Shown here: positions 1 through 7,691 of the stretch, piece by piece | Layout: every line of letters starts with the position of its first letter | How positions within the stretch are numbered: the stretch's first letter is position 1 | Assembly (NCBI GenBank): GCA_900770275.1 | Contig: CAAGJS010000088.1 | Coordinates: 1-59,966, forward strand | Source: Erysipelotrichaceae bacterium | GTDB taxonomy: Bacteria; Bacillota_I; Bacilli_A; Erysipelotrichales; Erysipelotrichaceae | Direction of reading: 5' to 3' | Length of the DNA stretch: 59,966 nucleotides | Notes under the pieces: model-generated | The model's input: the letters and a program-made list of their open reading frames with translations, nothing else | Databases searched by the model: none | Told to the model about the DNA's origin: nothing | Program-made: the position numbers and the translations under genes

Positions 1-216
1 ATCGGCGTTGAGAATGGTGCGATCACAAGCTTCACAGATCTTGCCGGCAACGACAAGGGTGACGGTGTTGGTGACAACTACTTTGAGGATGGCGGTCTGG
101 ATGCGTTCATCGGTGCGACGCTTGATTCGAGTATCGATGGAACATCGGGAGCTACCTATACATCGACAGCTGTCAAGGCGATGGCGCAGGCGGCTCTGAA
201 GGCTGCGGCTGAGTGA
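1..216 (+). CDS. 5'-truncated FMN-binding (flavinylated) domain protein of the rnf operon
   Basis: Frame 1 is open from base 1 to TGA at 214-216 and reads ...SIDGTSGATYTSTAVKAMAQAAL, containing the canonical D-x2-SGAT flavinylation motif. Not in the ORF track because the start lies outside the window. Confidence 0.8.
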   Translation: MGVENGAITSFTDLAGNDKGDGVGDNYFEDGGLDAFIGATLDSSIDGTSGATYTSTAVKAMAQAALKAAAE

Positions 217-228
217 GGAGGCTGAACG

Positions 229-741
229 ATGAAAAAGGATTCGACAGGATATAAGGTCGTTCTTCTTGGCGTTCTGTGTGCGATCTGCGGATTACTGCTT
301 GCGGCTGTCAACAGTCTGACGGCGCCGGTAATTGCAGAGCGTTCGCTGGCGGCCGAGAAGGAGAATCTGGATAAGATCTATCCGGGTGCTGAGTTCACGG
401 AAGTAACGAACTATACGGATGATACGGGACTGGTGCTGGGTGTGTACCAGGCGGAAGGCAAGGGCTATGTGTTCAAGGTTTCCGGCATGGGCTACAACTC
501 CAACGGTTTCACGTTCATGATTGCGTTCAATAACGATGGTACGTGCGGTGGATTCACTGCTGTTGAGCAGAGTGAATCGCCGGGCATTGGTGCTCGTGCC
601 TTCGAGGATGATTACGTTTCGCAGATTTCGCAGATTACGGCTACGGAGGATGCGCCGCTTCTCTCGGGTGCGACGCTGACGACGACGGCAATCCGTAAGG
701 GTGTTGCGGCGGCTGAAGCTGTGTTTGCGCAGCTGAATTGA
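229..741 (+). CDS. rnfG: Rnf complex subunit G (FMN-binding)
   Basis: N-terminal TM segment, ESPGIG motif and SGAT flavinylation site; GAGGAGG RBS; upstream of rnfE/rnfA. Confidence 0.88.
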   Translation: MKKDSTGYKVVLLGVLCAICGLLLAAVNSLTAPVIAERSLAAEKENLDKIYPGAEFTEVTNYTDDTGLVLGVYQAEGKGYVFKVSGMGYNSNGFTFMIAFNNDGTCGGFTAVEQSESPGIGARAFEDDYVSQISQITATEDAPLLSGATLTTTAIRKGVAAAEAVFAQLN

Positions 742-752
742 GGAGGACGGAT

Positions 753-1463
753 ATGAGCGAACCTAAAAAGAAGATGAGCTTTGGCAAAGAGCTCATTGTG
801 AACAATCCGGTCTTCGGGCTGTACCTGGGTATCTGTTCGACGCTGGGCATTACGACGGCGCTGGACAATGCGATCGGTATGGGCATGGCCGTTATTGTGA
901 TTCTGGTGCTTTCCAATGTTGTGATTTCTCTGATTGCGAAGATTACGCCGGATGAGATTCATATTCCGGTATACATCGTGATCATTGCGACGCTGGTTAC
1001 CATCGTTGAGCTGCTGATGCAGGCATATATGCCGACGCTGTTCTCGACGCTGGGTGCCTTCGTTGATCTGATCGTTGTTAACTGCATCATTCTGGGTCGC
1101 GCAGAAGCTTATGCGTGCAGCCACAATGTTGCAGAGAGTGCGCGTGATGGCTTCATGATGGGTCTTGCCTATACGTGCTCGCTGCTGGCGATGAGCATTA
1201 TTCGTCAGATTCTGGGTACCGGTGTTCTTTCCATGAGCAATCCGTTTACGCAGGCGACGATCTTCTCGCTGCGTCTGATTCCGGATGCATATACGATTCC
1301 GGTATTTACGAGTCAGACCGGCGCGTTCCTGACGTTCGCGGTTCTTGCGGCAGTTGTCGCTACCATCAAGAACAAGGATGCGGACAAGGAAGAAGCAGCT
1401 GCGAAGGCTGCCAAGATTGAGGCAGCCAAGAAGGCAGCAGCTGCCAAGGGGGCTAAGGCATGA
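753..1463 (+). CDS. rnfE: Rnf complex subunit E
   Basis: NNPVFGLYLGICSTLGIT and LIVVNCIILGRAEA motifs; ATG at 753 follows an AGGAGG RBS. Confidence 0.92.
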   Translation: MSEPKKKMSFGKELIVNNPVFGLYLGICSTLGITTALDNAIGMGMAVIVILVLSNVVISLIAKITPDEIHIPVYIVIIATLVTIVELLMQAYMPTLFSTLGAFVDLIVVNCIILGRAEAYACSHNVAESARDGFMMGLAYTCSLLAMSIIRQILGTGVLSMSNPFTQATIFSLRLIPDAYTIPVFTSQTGAFLTFAVLAAVVATIKNKDADKEEAAAKAAKIEAAKKAAAAKGAKA

Positions 1464-2041
1464 CAGCAGCATCTCTGTTTACGCTGTTCATCAGCGGTGT
1501 TTTGGTAAACAACATCATTCTGGCGCGCTTCATCGGTATGTGCCCGTTCATGGGTGTTTCGACGAAGCTGTCCTCTGCCATTGGCATGGGACTTGCCGTT
1601 ATCTTCGTTATTTTCGGTGCTTCGGTGCTTTCGTGGCTTCTGTACTACTATGTTCTGGTACCGCTGGACATTACGTATATGAAGCTGATCTGCTTCATTC
1701 TTCTGATTGCGTCGTTCGTTCAGTTTGTTGAGATGTTCATCAAGAAGAAGAGTCCGTCGCTGTACAAGTCGCTCGGCATCTATCTGCCGCTGATCACGAC
1801 GAACTGCGCGGTTCTCTATGTAGCTCTCGATAACATTTCGCAGGAATACAATCTGATTGAGACGATGGTCAACTCGGTTGCTGTTCCGCTGGGATTCATG
1901 ATTGTTCTGGTTCTGTTTGCGACGATCCGTGAGCGTCTGGCTGGCAATGATATTCCGCGTGCGTTCAAGGGCAATCCGATTGCCTTCGTTGTGGCGGCGA
2001 TTCTGGCGGTTGCCTTCTCGGCTTTCGCAGGCATTGCGTAA
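1460..2041 (+). CDS. rnfA: Rnf complex subunit A
   Basis: NNIILARFIGMCPFMGVS and LGIYLPLITTNCAV motifs; ATGA overlap with rnfE. Confidence 0.93.
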   Translation: MTAASLFTLFISGVLVNNIILARFIGMCPFMGVSTKLSSAIGMGLAVIFVIFGASVLSWLLYYYVLVPLDITYMKLICFILLIASFVQFVEMFIKKKSPSLYKSLGIYLPLITTNCAVLYVALDNISQEYNLIETMVNSVAVPLGFMIVLVLFATIRERLAGNDIPRAFKGNPIAFVVAAILAVAFSAFAGIA

Positions 2042-2238
2042 TGAGCGGACTCTATGCTTTATTGATCGGAGCTGTGCTGGCTGGTCTGGCAGGGCTTCTG
2101 ACAGTGATGAATCATCGTACTCCGGTGCCCAAGGGCTGTGAGAATCTGAAGCCTGACTGCAAGGGGTGCGGTATTGCGGATTGTGCCGTGCGCCAATCCG
2201 AAGCAAAGAAGGAAAATAAAGGAGAAACAGTATGCTGA
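2041..2238 (+). CDS. Small membrane-anchored Cys-rich protein (C-x6-C-x2-C-x4-C)
   Basis: TAATG coupling to rnfA, a hydrophobic N-terminus, four clustered Cys, and an overlap with the rnfB start. Confidence 0.7.
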   Translation: MSGLYALLIGAVLAGLAGLLTVMNHRTPVPKGCENLKPDCKGCGIADCAVRQSEAKKENKGETVC

Positions 2239-2513
2239 AAGCGGCATTGATGATGCTGGTGCTTGGCGGCGTGTGCGGCCTGATTCTTGGCTTTGCGTCC
2301 GTAAAGTTCCATGTCGAAGTAGATACGCGGGAACAGGATCTTCTCGCGATGTTGCCGGGATATAACTGCGGCGGCTGCGGCTATCCGGGCTGCTCCGGTA
2401 TGGCAGCTGCGCTGGCAGATGGCACCGGTGATATCGACAAGTGCAAGCCTTCGAAGCCTGAGAAGAAGGCAGAGATCAAGCAGTGGCTCAAGGATCATCC
2501 GAAGCAGGCATAA
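2232..2513 (+). CDS. rnfB: Short RnfB-like subunit (TM plus one FeS domain)
   Basis: KFHVEVD..LPGYNCGGCGYPGC..C is the RnfB N-terminal signature; AAGGAG RBS; only 93 aa. Confidence 0.85.
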   Translation: MLKAALMMLVLGGVCGLILGFASVKFHVEVDTREQDLLAMLPGYNCGGCGYPGCSGMAAALADGTGDIDKCKPSKPEKKAEIKQWLKDHPKQA

Positions 2514-2541
2514 TCTGCAGGTGATCTGAAGTAATTTAATT

Positions 2542-2570
2542 GGTCGGATTCGTGGGAATCCGGCCTTTTT
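2542..2570 (+). terminator. Rho-independent terminator of the rnf operon
   Basis: GGTCGGATTC-gtgg-GAATCCGGCC followed by a T tract. Confidence 0.8.
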
Positions 2571-2601
2571 CTGTCTATGGAACAGTGGAGGCACGTTCGA
2601 T

Positions 2602-3330
2602 ATGAAGATGGATGTTGTTAAGAAGGCTGCGGCTGTACTTGTTCTCTCTGTTGTTCTTTTACTTACGCTGCATCAGGCGGTGGAGCTGCGGACGGTGCAG
2701 AAGTTGGAACTTGTGGATACCTTTGTGGCGGCGCGGGATATTCCGCCCCGGACCCGGATTGAGGAAAGTGATCTGCTTACGATTCAGGTTCCGCGGGCCT
2801 ATCTGATGGATTACATCTGTACAAAAAAGGAAGACATCATTGGCCGCTATACGGAAATTGCCGGAATGATTCCGGCCGGATCCCCGTTTTACAAAGCGAT
2901 GCTGTATGAGGAACGTGAGCTTCCGGATTATCCTTCGACGTTGCTGGAGGAGGGGCAGTCGGCCTATTCACTTGCCGTGGATCTGACACGTTCGGGTGGG
3001 AATCCGGTGGCTGGGATGTATGTGGATCTTTTTGGTACGGTGATGCAGAAGGATGGAACGATGGTGAGCGGCGCGATCATTGAACATGTGCGGATTCTCA
3101 GTGTAAAGGATGCGCAGGGGCTTTCGATTGATGATCCTAACAGCAGTGGTCTGCCCTATGTGGTGTTACTTGCCGTGAGGTCGGGTGATGTTGCGATGCT
3201 GGCACAGATCGAGAAGGTGGGGGAGATTCGTCTCTTTGCATCGTCGGAAAGCTATCGGCGCGGGCAGGAGGCGATCCGGGTCAGTGAATCGCCCATAGTG
3301 GAATGGTACAGGGTTTCCGATGTAGAATAA
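2602..3330 (+). CDS. SAF-domain / CpaB (RcpC)-like protein
   Basis: N-terminal TM; VAARDIPPRTRIEESDL..IIGRY..IPAGSP SAF pattern; GMYVDL and VRILSV resemble the CpaB C-terminal domain. Confidence 0.7.
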   Translation: MKMDVVKKAAAVLVLSVVLLLTLHQAVELRTVQKLELVDTFVAARDIPPRTRIEESDLLTIQVPRAYLMDYICTKKEDIIGRYTEIAGMIPAGSPFYKAMLYEERELPDYPSTLLEEGQSAYSLAVDLTRSGGNPVAGMYVDLFGTVMQKDGTMVSGAIIEHVRILSVKDAQGLSIDDPNSSGLPYVVLLAVRSGDVAMLAQIEKVGEIRLFASSESYRRGQEAIRVSESPIVEWYRVSDVE

Positions 3331-3334
3331 GCGC

Positions 3335-4132
3335 GTGCTGAAGAAGATATTGCGCTATCTGCGATACATTGTGCTTTCGGTTCTTGCGGTGCTGTGTATT
3401 CTGGGGGTGGTAATGATTGACCGTGGACAGAAACTGGCGGCACAGGTCACGGAAGAGACGCCCATTACCGAAGCCGTAGAACCGTATTTTTCAAAGTCCA
3501 CGTGGACAGATTATGAGAATCTGGATCCGAAATTCGTGGAGGCGGTCGTAGCCGTTGAGGATCAGCGTTACTTTCATCGTTTTGGTTTTGATTGGCCGGC
3601 ATTGATCCGGGCGTTATTCAACAATATGATGGCACGTTCCTTTGTGGAGGGCGGCAGTACCATTTCGCAGCAGATTGCGAAGAACCTCTATTTTCAGTCA
3701 GCTTCCCGCGGTGTGACAGAGAAGATTGCCGAAGTCTATATCATGTACCAGATGGAGATGACCTATTCGAAAGAAACACTGTTCGCTCTTTATGTGAATA
3801 TGAACTATTACGGAGACGGTTACTGGGGCATCAAAGAGGCTAGTGAAGGTTATTATGGCGCAGAACCGGATAATCTGACTCTGGGCCAGGCAGCGATGCT
3901 GGCAGGGATTCCCAATGCGCCAGGCTACTATCAGCTTTCTACGGGCTATGATGCGGCATTGCGGCGGATGCACAAGGTGCTTAACCGCATGCGTCAGGAA
4001 GGCTATATCACCGATGAAGAGCGTCAGGCAGCAATGAATGAAGATATGCGTCCGATCTCGGTGAAGGAAGCGGATACGGATACACAGGAGAATGCGTTCG
4101 GGGCAGTACCACTGGACCTGTTATGGGGATGA
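3335..4132 (+). CDS. Monofunctional peptidoglycan transglycosylase (GT51)
   Basis: EDQRYFHRFG, GGSTISQQIAKN, YVNMNYYG and AAMLAGIPNAP motifs; N-terminal TM; no transpeptidase domain. Confidence 0.9.
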   Translation: MLKKILRYLRYIVLSVLAVLCILGVVMIDRGQKLAAQVTEETPITEAVEPYFSKSTWTDYENLDPKFVEAVVAVEDQRYFHRFGFDWPALIRALFNNMMARSFVEGGSTISQQIAKNLYFQSASRGVTEKIAEVYIMYQMEMTYSKETLFALYVNMNYYGDGYWGIKEASEGYYGAEPDNLTLGQAAMLAGIPNAPGYYQLSTGYDAALRRMHKVLNRMRQEGYITDEERQAAMNEDMRPISVKEADTDTQENAFGAVPLDLLWG

Positions 4133-4173
4133 TATTCGTGCAGATTTGACATTGCTGCCAAGAAAGATATAAG

Positions 4174-4201
4174 AAAAAACCGCATTGTTATGCGGTTTTT
4201 T
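4174..4201. terminator. Bidirectional terminator between the transglycosylase gene and tRNA-His
   Basis: AAAAAACCGCAT-tgtt-ATGCGGTTTTTT. Confidence 0.8.
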
Positions 4202-4209
4202 ATAACAAA

Positions 4210-4287
4210 TGGGGCGGCTAAAGGGACTCGAACCCTTGAGTGCTGGAGCCACAATCCAGTGTGTTAACCAACTTCACCATAGCCGCC
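4210..4287 (-). tRNA. tRNA-His (GTG)
   Basis: Reverse complement GGCGGCTATGGTGAAGTTGGTTAACACACTGGATTGTGGCTCCAGCACTCAAGGGTTCGAGTCCCTTTAGCCGCCCCA folds as a cloverleaf with GTG anticodon, G-1 and encoded CCA. Confidence 0.95.
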
Positions 4288-4300
4288 ATCAGCAGTAACG

Positions 4301-4329
4301 ATTCTAACCTAATAGGCGATTCTGTGCAA
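4301..4329 (-). promoter_or_regulatory. Sigma-A promoter for tRNA-His
   Basis: Minus-strand TTGCAC-N17-TAGAAT just upstream of the tRNA. Confidence 0.65.
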
Positions 4330-4383
4330 GGGCGATTTTTAGATGCGTATGCGGTAAAATTATTGTCTGTGGAGGGTTCGGCA

Positions 4384-5727
4384 GTGGGTTTTCTTGCGAA
4401 GTGGCTGTATTCCCATAAGGTTTCTACGTTTCAGATTATTTCGTTCAGCTTTGCGCTGCTGATTCTGGTTGGTACGGTGTTATTGATGTTACCGTGGGCG
4501 ACGGCGAGCGGTGAGTCGGCAGGCTTCATGACGGCATGGTTTACGGCGACATCGGCCAGCTGTGTTACGGGTCTTGTGCTGCAGGATACGGCGCAGTACT
4601 GGTCCTTGTTCGGGAAAATCGTGATTCTGATTATGATTCAGATTGGCGGCGTCGGTGTGGTTACGATTGCGGTTCTGATTGCGCTGGCGGCGGGAAAGAA
4701 GATTGATCTGATGCAGCGGGGATTGATGAATTATTCCATCTCTTCGCCCCGTGCAGGCGGGACGGTGTCGTTGACGCGTTTCATTGCGCGCAGCGTCGTT
4801 CTGATTGAATTGATTGGTGCGCTGGTGATGTGGCCTTCGTTTGCCAGTGTCTTCGGTGTGTGGAAGGGGCTTGGCATTGCGGTGTTTCATTCGATATCTG
4901 CTTTCTGCAATGCGGGCTTTGATCTGATGGGGACAGAGTCGGGTTCCTTTTCTTCTCTGACTTTGTTTGCGAAGAATCCTGTGATCAATATCGTTGTGAT
5001 GGCGCTGATCATTCTTGGCGGCTTAGGCTTTCTGACGTGGCAGGATGTGCTGGTGAACAAGTTTCGGTTGAAGCGCTGCCGTCTGCAGACGAAACTGATT
5101 CTGTCGACGTCTTTGGTTCTGATTGTGGTGCCGGCAGTCTTGTTTTTTTTCTTTGAATATGGAAATGTTCAGGGGAGCGAGAGGGTATGGCTCTCTCTGT
5201 TTCAGTCGGTGACGGCGCGTACGGCCGGATTCAATACGGCGGATCTTACGAAGATGTCTGAGAGCGGGCAGATGTTGATGATCATCTTGATGCTCATTGG
5301 CGGCTCGCCTGGATCGACCGCCGGCGGAATGAAGACGACGACGGCGGTAATTCTGTTCAGCTGGCTGTCGAGTGCGATGCGCCGTGAATCGCGTCCGAAG
5401 ATGTTCGGGCGTCGTATTACGCAAAGCAGCGCAAACAATGCGGCAACCGTGTTGATGCTGTATCTGGTGCTGTTTCTGGGTGGTTCGATGATTATTTCGC
5501 GGGTGGATCATCTGCCGTTGCTTGCATGTATGTTTGAGACGGCTTCGGCGGTTGGTACGGTTGGTGTGACGCTGGGACTGACGACGAAACTGTGCGCATT
5601 CAGTCATGTGATTCTGATTGTTTTAATGTTTATTGGTCGTGTTGGTGGTATGACGCTTGCCTATGCTGCAATTGGCCGCAGCAACTATGAGCAGCAGTAT
5701 CCGCAGGAAGATGTAATGGTTGGATAG
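4384..5727 (+). CDS. ktrB: Ktr/Trk potassium uptake membrane subunit (KtrB/TrkH family)
   Basis: TSASCVTGL, SAFCNAGF, ARTAGFN, GGSPGSTAGGMK and SAVGTVG pore motifs. Start moved to GTG 4384 after GGAGG because the longer ORF overlaps the tRNA. Confidence 0.9.
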   Translation: MGFLAKWLYSHKVSTFQIISFSFALLILVGTVLLMLPWATASGESAGFMTAWFTATSASCVTGLVLQDTAQYWSLFGKIVILIMIQIGGVGVVTIAVLIALAAGKKIDLMQRGLMNYSISSPRAGGTVSLTRFIARSVVLIELIGALVMWPSFASVFGVWKGLGIAVFHSISAFCNAGFDLMGTESGSFSSLTLFAKNPVINIVVMALIILGGLGFLTWQDVLVNKFRLKRCRLQTKLILSTSLVLIVVPAVLFFFFEYGNVQGSERVWLSLFQSVTARTAGFNTADLTKMSESGQMLMIILMLIGGSPGSTAGGMKTTTAVILFSWLSSAMRRESRPKMFGRRITQSSANNAATVLMLYLVLFLGGSMIISRVDHLPLLACMFETASAVGTVGVTLGLTTKLCAFSHVILIVLMFIGRVGGMTLAYAAIGRSNYEQQYPQEDVMVG

Positions 5728-5739
5728 GAGGAAAATGGG

Positions 5740-6393
5740 ATGCGATCGGTTCTGTTGATTGGACTTGGAAGATTCGGGCGCTACACGGCGCAGAAGCTGA
5801 ATGAGCTGCATGTGCAGGTCATGGCGGTGGATAAGGATGAGCAGAGGGTCAATAAGGTGCTGGGCTATGTGACCAATGCATTGATCGGTGACTCGACGGA
5901 TCAAAACTTTCTGAAGTCGCTTGGCGTCAATGACTATGACGTGTGCATTGTCGCAATCGGCGATGATTTCATCAGCTCTTTGGAGACGACGTCTTTACTC
6001 CATGATATGGGTGCGAAGAAAGTGATCAGCCGGGCATCTGGTAAGTCACAGGAGAAGTTTCTGCTGCGCAACGGGGCGGATGCAGTCGTGTTTCCGGAGC
6101 GGGACCTTGCCAATGAGACAGCAATTCGGGCTTCGTCTTCCTCCATTTCGGATTACATGAATCTGGAAGGGGAGTATGCGATTTTTGAGATTCAGGTTCC
6201 TGAGAACTGGTATGGAAAAACAGTTGCGGCCCTCAATATCCGCAATGTCTATGGTGTTAACATCCTTGGCATTCGCAAGGATGGTGTCATGAACATGCAT
6301 GTGACGGCGGATACGGTGATGGAGAAAGGTGCGTCGGTCATGGTCCTGGGCAAGGAGGCAGAAATTTTCGAAAGCTTCCATCTGACGGACTGA
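5740..6393 (+). CDS. ktrA: Ktr/Trk regulatory RCK subunit (KtrA/TrkA family)
   Basis: IGLGRFG Rossmann motif, VVFPE, and a C-terminal TrkA-C domain. Confidence 0.92.
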   Translation: MRSVLLIGLGRFGRYTAQKLNELHVQVMAVDKDEQRVNKVLGYVTNALIGDSTDQNFLKSLGVNDYDVCIVAIGDDFISSLETTSLLHDMGAKKVISRASGKSQEKFLLRNGADAVVFPERDLANETAIRASSSSISDYMNLEGEYAIFEIQVPENWYGKTVAALNIRNVYGVNILGIRKDGVMNMHVTADTVMEKGASVMVLGKEAEIFESFHLTD

Positions 6394-6422
6394 TTTTCAA
6401 TGGGTGTTAGAATATCTTCCAT

Positions 6423-7691
6423 ATGAGCACATTGATTGAACGCTTCGGCAGCTATGTAGGAAAGAAGACGGAAACGGATCCGAAGGCTGCGCGGCGGCTG
6501 ATTCTTGCGGCATACAGGGGCTTCGGCTGGTATCAGAAACATAAGCCCGATCCCCGCCGTCCCTATAGTCGGCAGATTCTTGCCAATGCCAGCATGAAAT
6601 TCATGGTGGATGGTTTTTCACATCCGCAGAAGGCTGCGCTGGTATCGATCTTTACGCCGTGTGAGATTCTGCAGGCATTCGGTATTCATCCGATGTGCGC
6701 TGAAATGTTTTCAACCTATCTGAACGGTGCCGGTGCAGAGGCTCCGTTTGTTGCGGCAAGTGAGGCGGCAGGCATTTCTTCGACGTTCTGCAGCTACCAT
6801 AAGGTGCTGATGGGCGCAGCAGAGACTGGTGTGCTGCCAAAGACAGCATTTATCGTCAATACGTCGCTTGCCTGTGATGCGAATAATCTGACATTCCGTG
6901 CGATCAGTGAACAGATGGGCATCGAGCAGATGTATATCGATGTTCCCTATGCAAAGAATGATGCGTCGGTTGACTATGTAGCGGATCAGCTGCGTCAGTT
7001 GCCGGCGTTTATCGAAAAGCAGACAGGATTGAAGATGAATGAAGTTCTCTTCCGCGAAGCGATTGAGCGCTCTCATGAGACGATCCGTCTGTTAAAGGCG
7101 ACAATTCCATACCGGAAGACGAAGTGGCTCTCTGGCGATCTGACCAGTGAGCTGTATGAGGCATTGATGGTGCATACGGCGTTAGGAAGCCGGGAAGCGC
7201 TTGCCTATGCGCGGGCACTTCTGGAAGACTTCAAGAATGCACCGGAAGATCACGGGCACCGCCTTCTCTGGATGCATACGAATCCATTCTGGCAGAAGCC
7301 GGTGATGGAGATGCTCAACTACCGCGAAGACTTTCATGTGGCGGCGACGGAGCTGAGCTATGATGCCTGGATTGATTATGAGGAAAAAGATCCGTATCGC
7401 TTTATGGCGAGCCGGATTGTTTACGATACTTACAATGGGCCGGCAAGGGATCGGATTGCGCTGGCAAAGCAGATGGCGGATGAAGTTGGCGCGGATGGGA
7501 TTGTTGTGTTCTGCCACTGGGGCTGCAAAGAGACTTGCGGCATGAGTGCGCTGGCCAAGAAGGAACTGGAGGCGGCGGGCTATCCGACGTTGATTCTGAA
7601 CGGGGATGGCGTGGATCGCAAGAATACGAGTGATGGACAGGTGTCGACGCGTCTGGGGGCATTTCTGGAGATGCTGGAGGATGGAAGATGA
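6423..7691 (+). CDS. 2-hydroxyacyl-CoA dehydratase subunit (HgdA/B, HGD-D family)
   Basis: FCSYHK, SLACD, ADGIVVFCHWGCK and GQVSTRLGAFLE motifs. Confidence 0.88.
   Translation: MSTLIERFGSYVGKKTETDPKAARRLILAAYRGFGWYQKHKPDPRRPYSRQILANASMKFMVDGFSHPQKAALVSIFTPCEILQAFGIHPMCAEMFSTYLNGAGAEAPFVAASEAAGISSTFCSYHKVLMGAAETGVLPKTAFIVNTSLACDANNLTFRAISEQMGIEQMYIDVPYAKNDASVDYVADQLRQLPAFIEKQTGLKMNEVLFREAIERSHETIRLLKATIPYRKTKWLSGDLTSELYEALMVHTALGSREALAYARALLEDFKNAPEDHGHRLLWMHTNPFWQKPVMEMLNYREDFHVAATELSYDAWIDYEEKDPYRFMASRIVYDTYNGPARDRIALAKQMADEVGADGIVVFCHWGCKETCGMSALAKKELEAAGYPTLILNGDGVDRKNTSDGQVSTRLGAFLEMLEDGR

Noticed and set aside
4146..4173. TTGACA-N16-TATAAG promoter-like sequence antisense to tRNA-His
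   Set aside because: It runs directly into a terminator hairpin, and there is no supporting evidence of function.
4240..4383. N-terminal extension of the KtrB ORF
   Set aside because: It overlaps tRNA-His and its promoter; GTG 4384 has a proper RBS.
4290..4383. c-di-AMP riboswitch upstream of ktrBA
   Set aside because: There is not enough space and no signature sequence.
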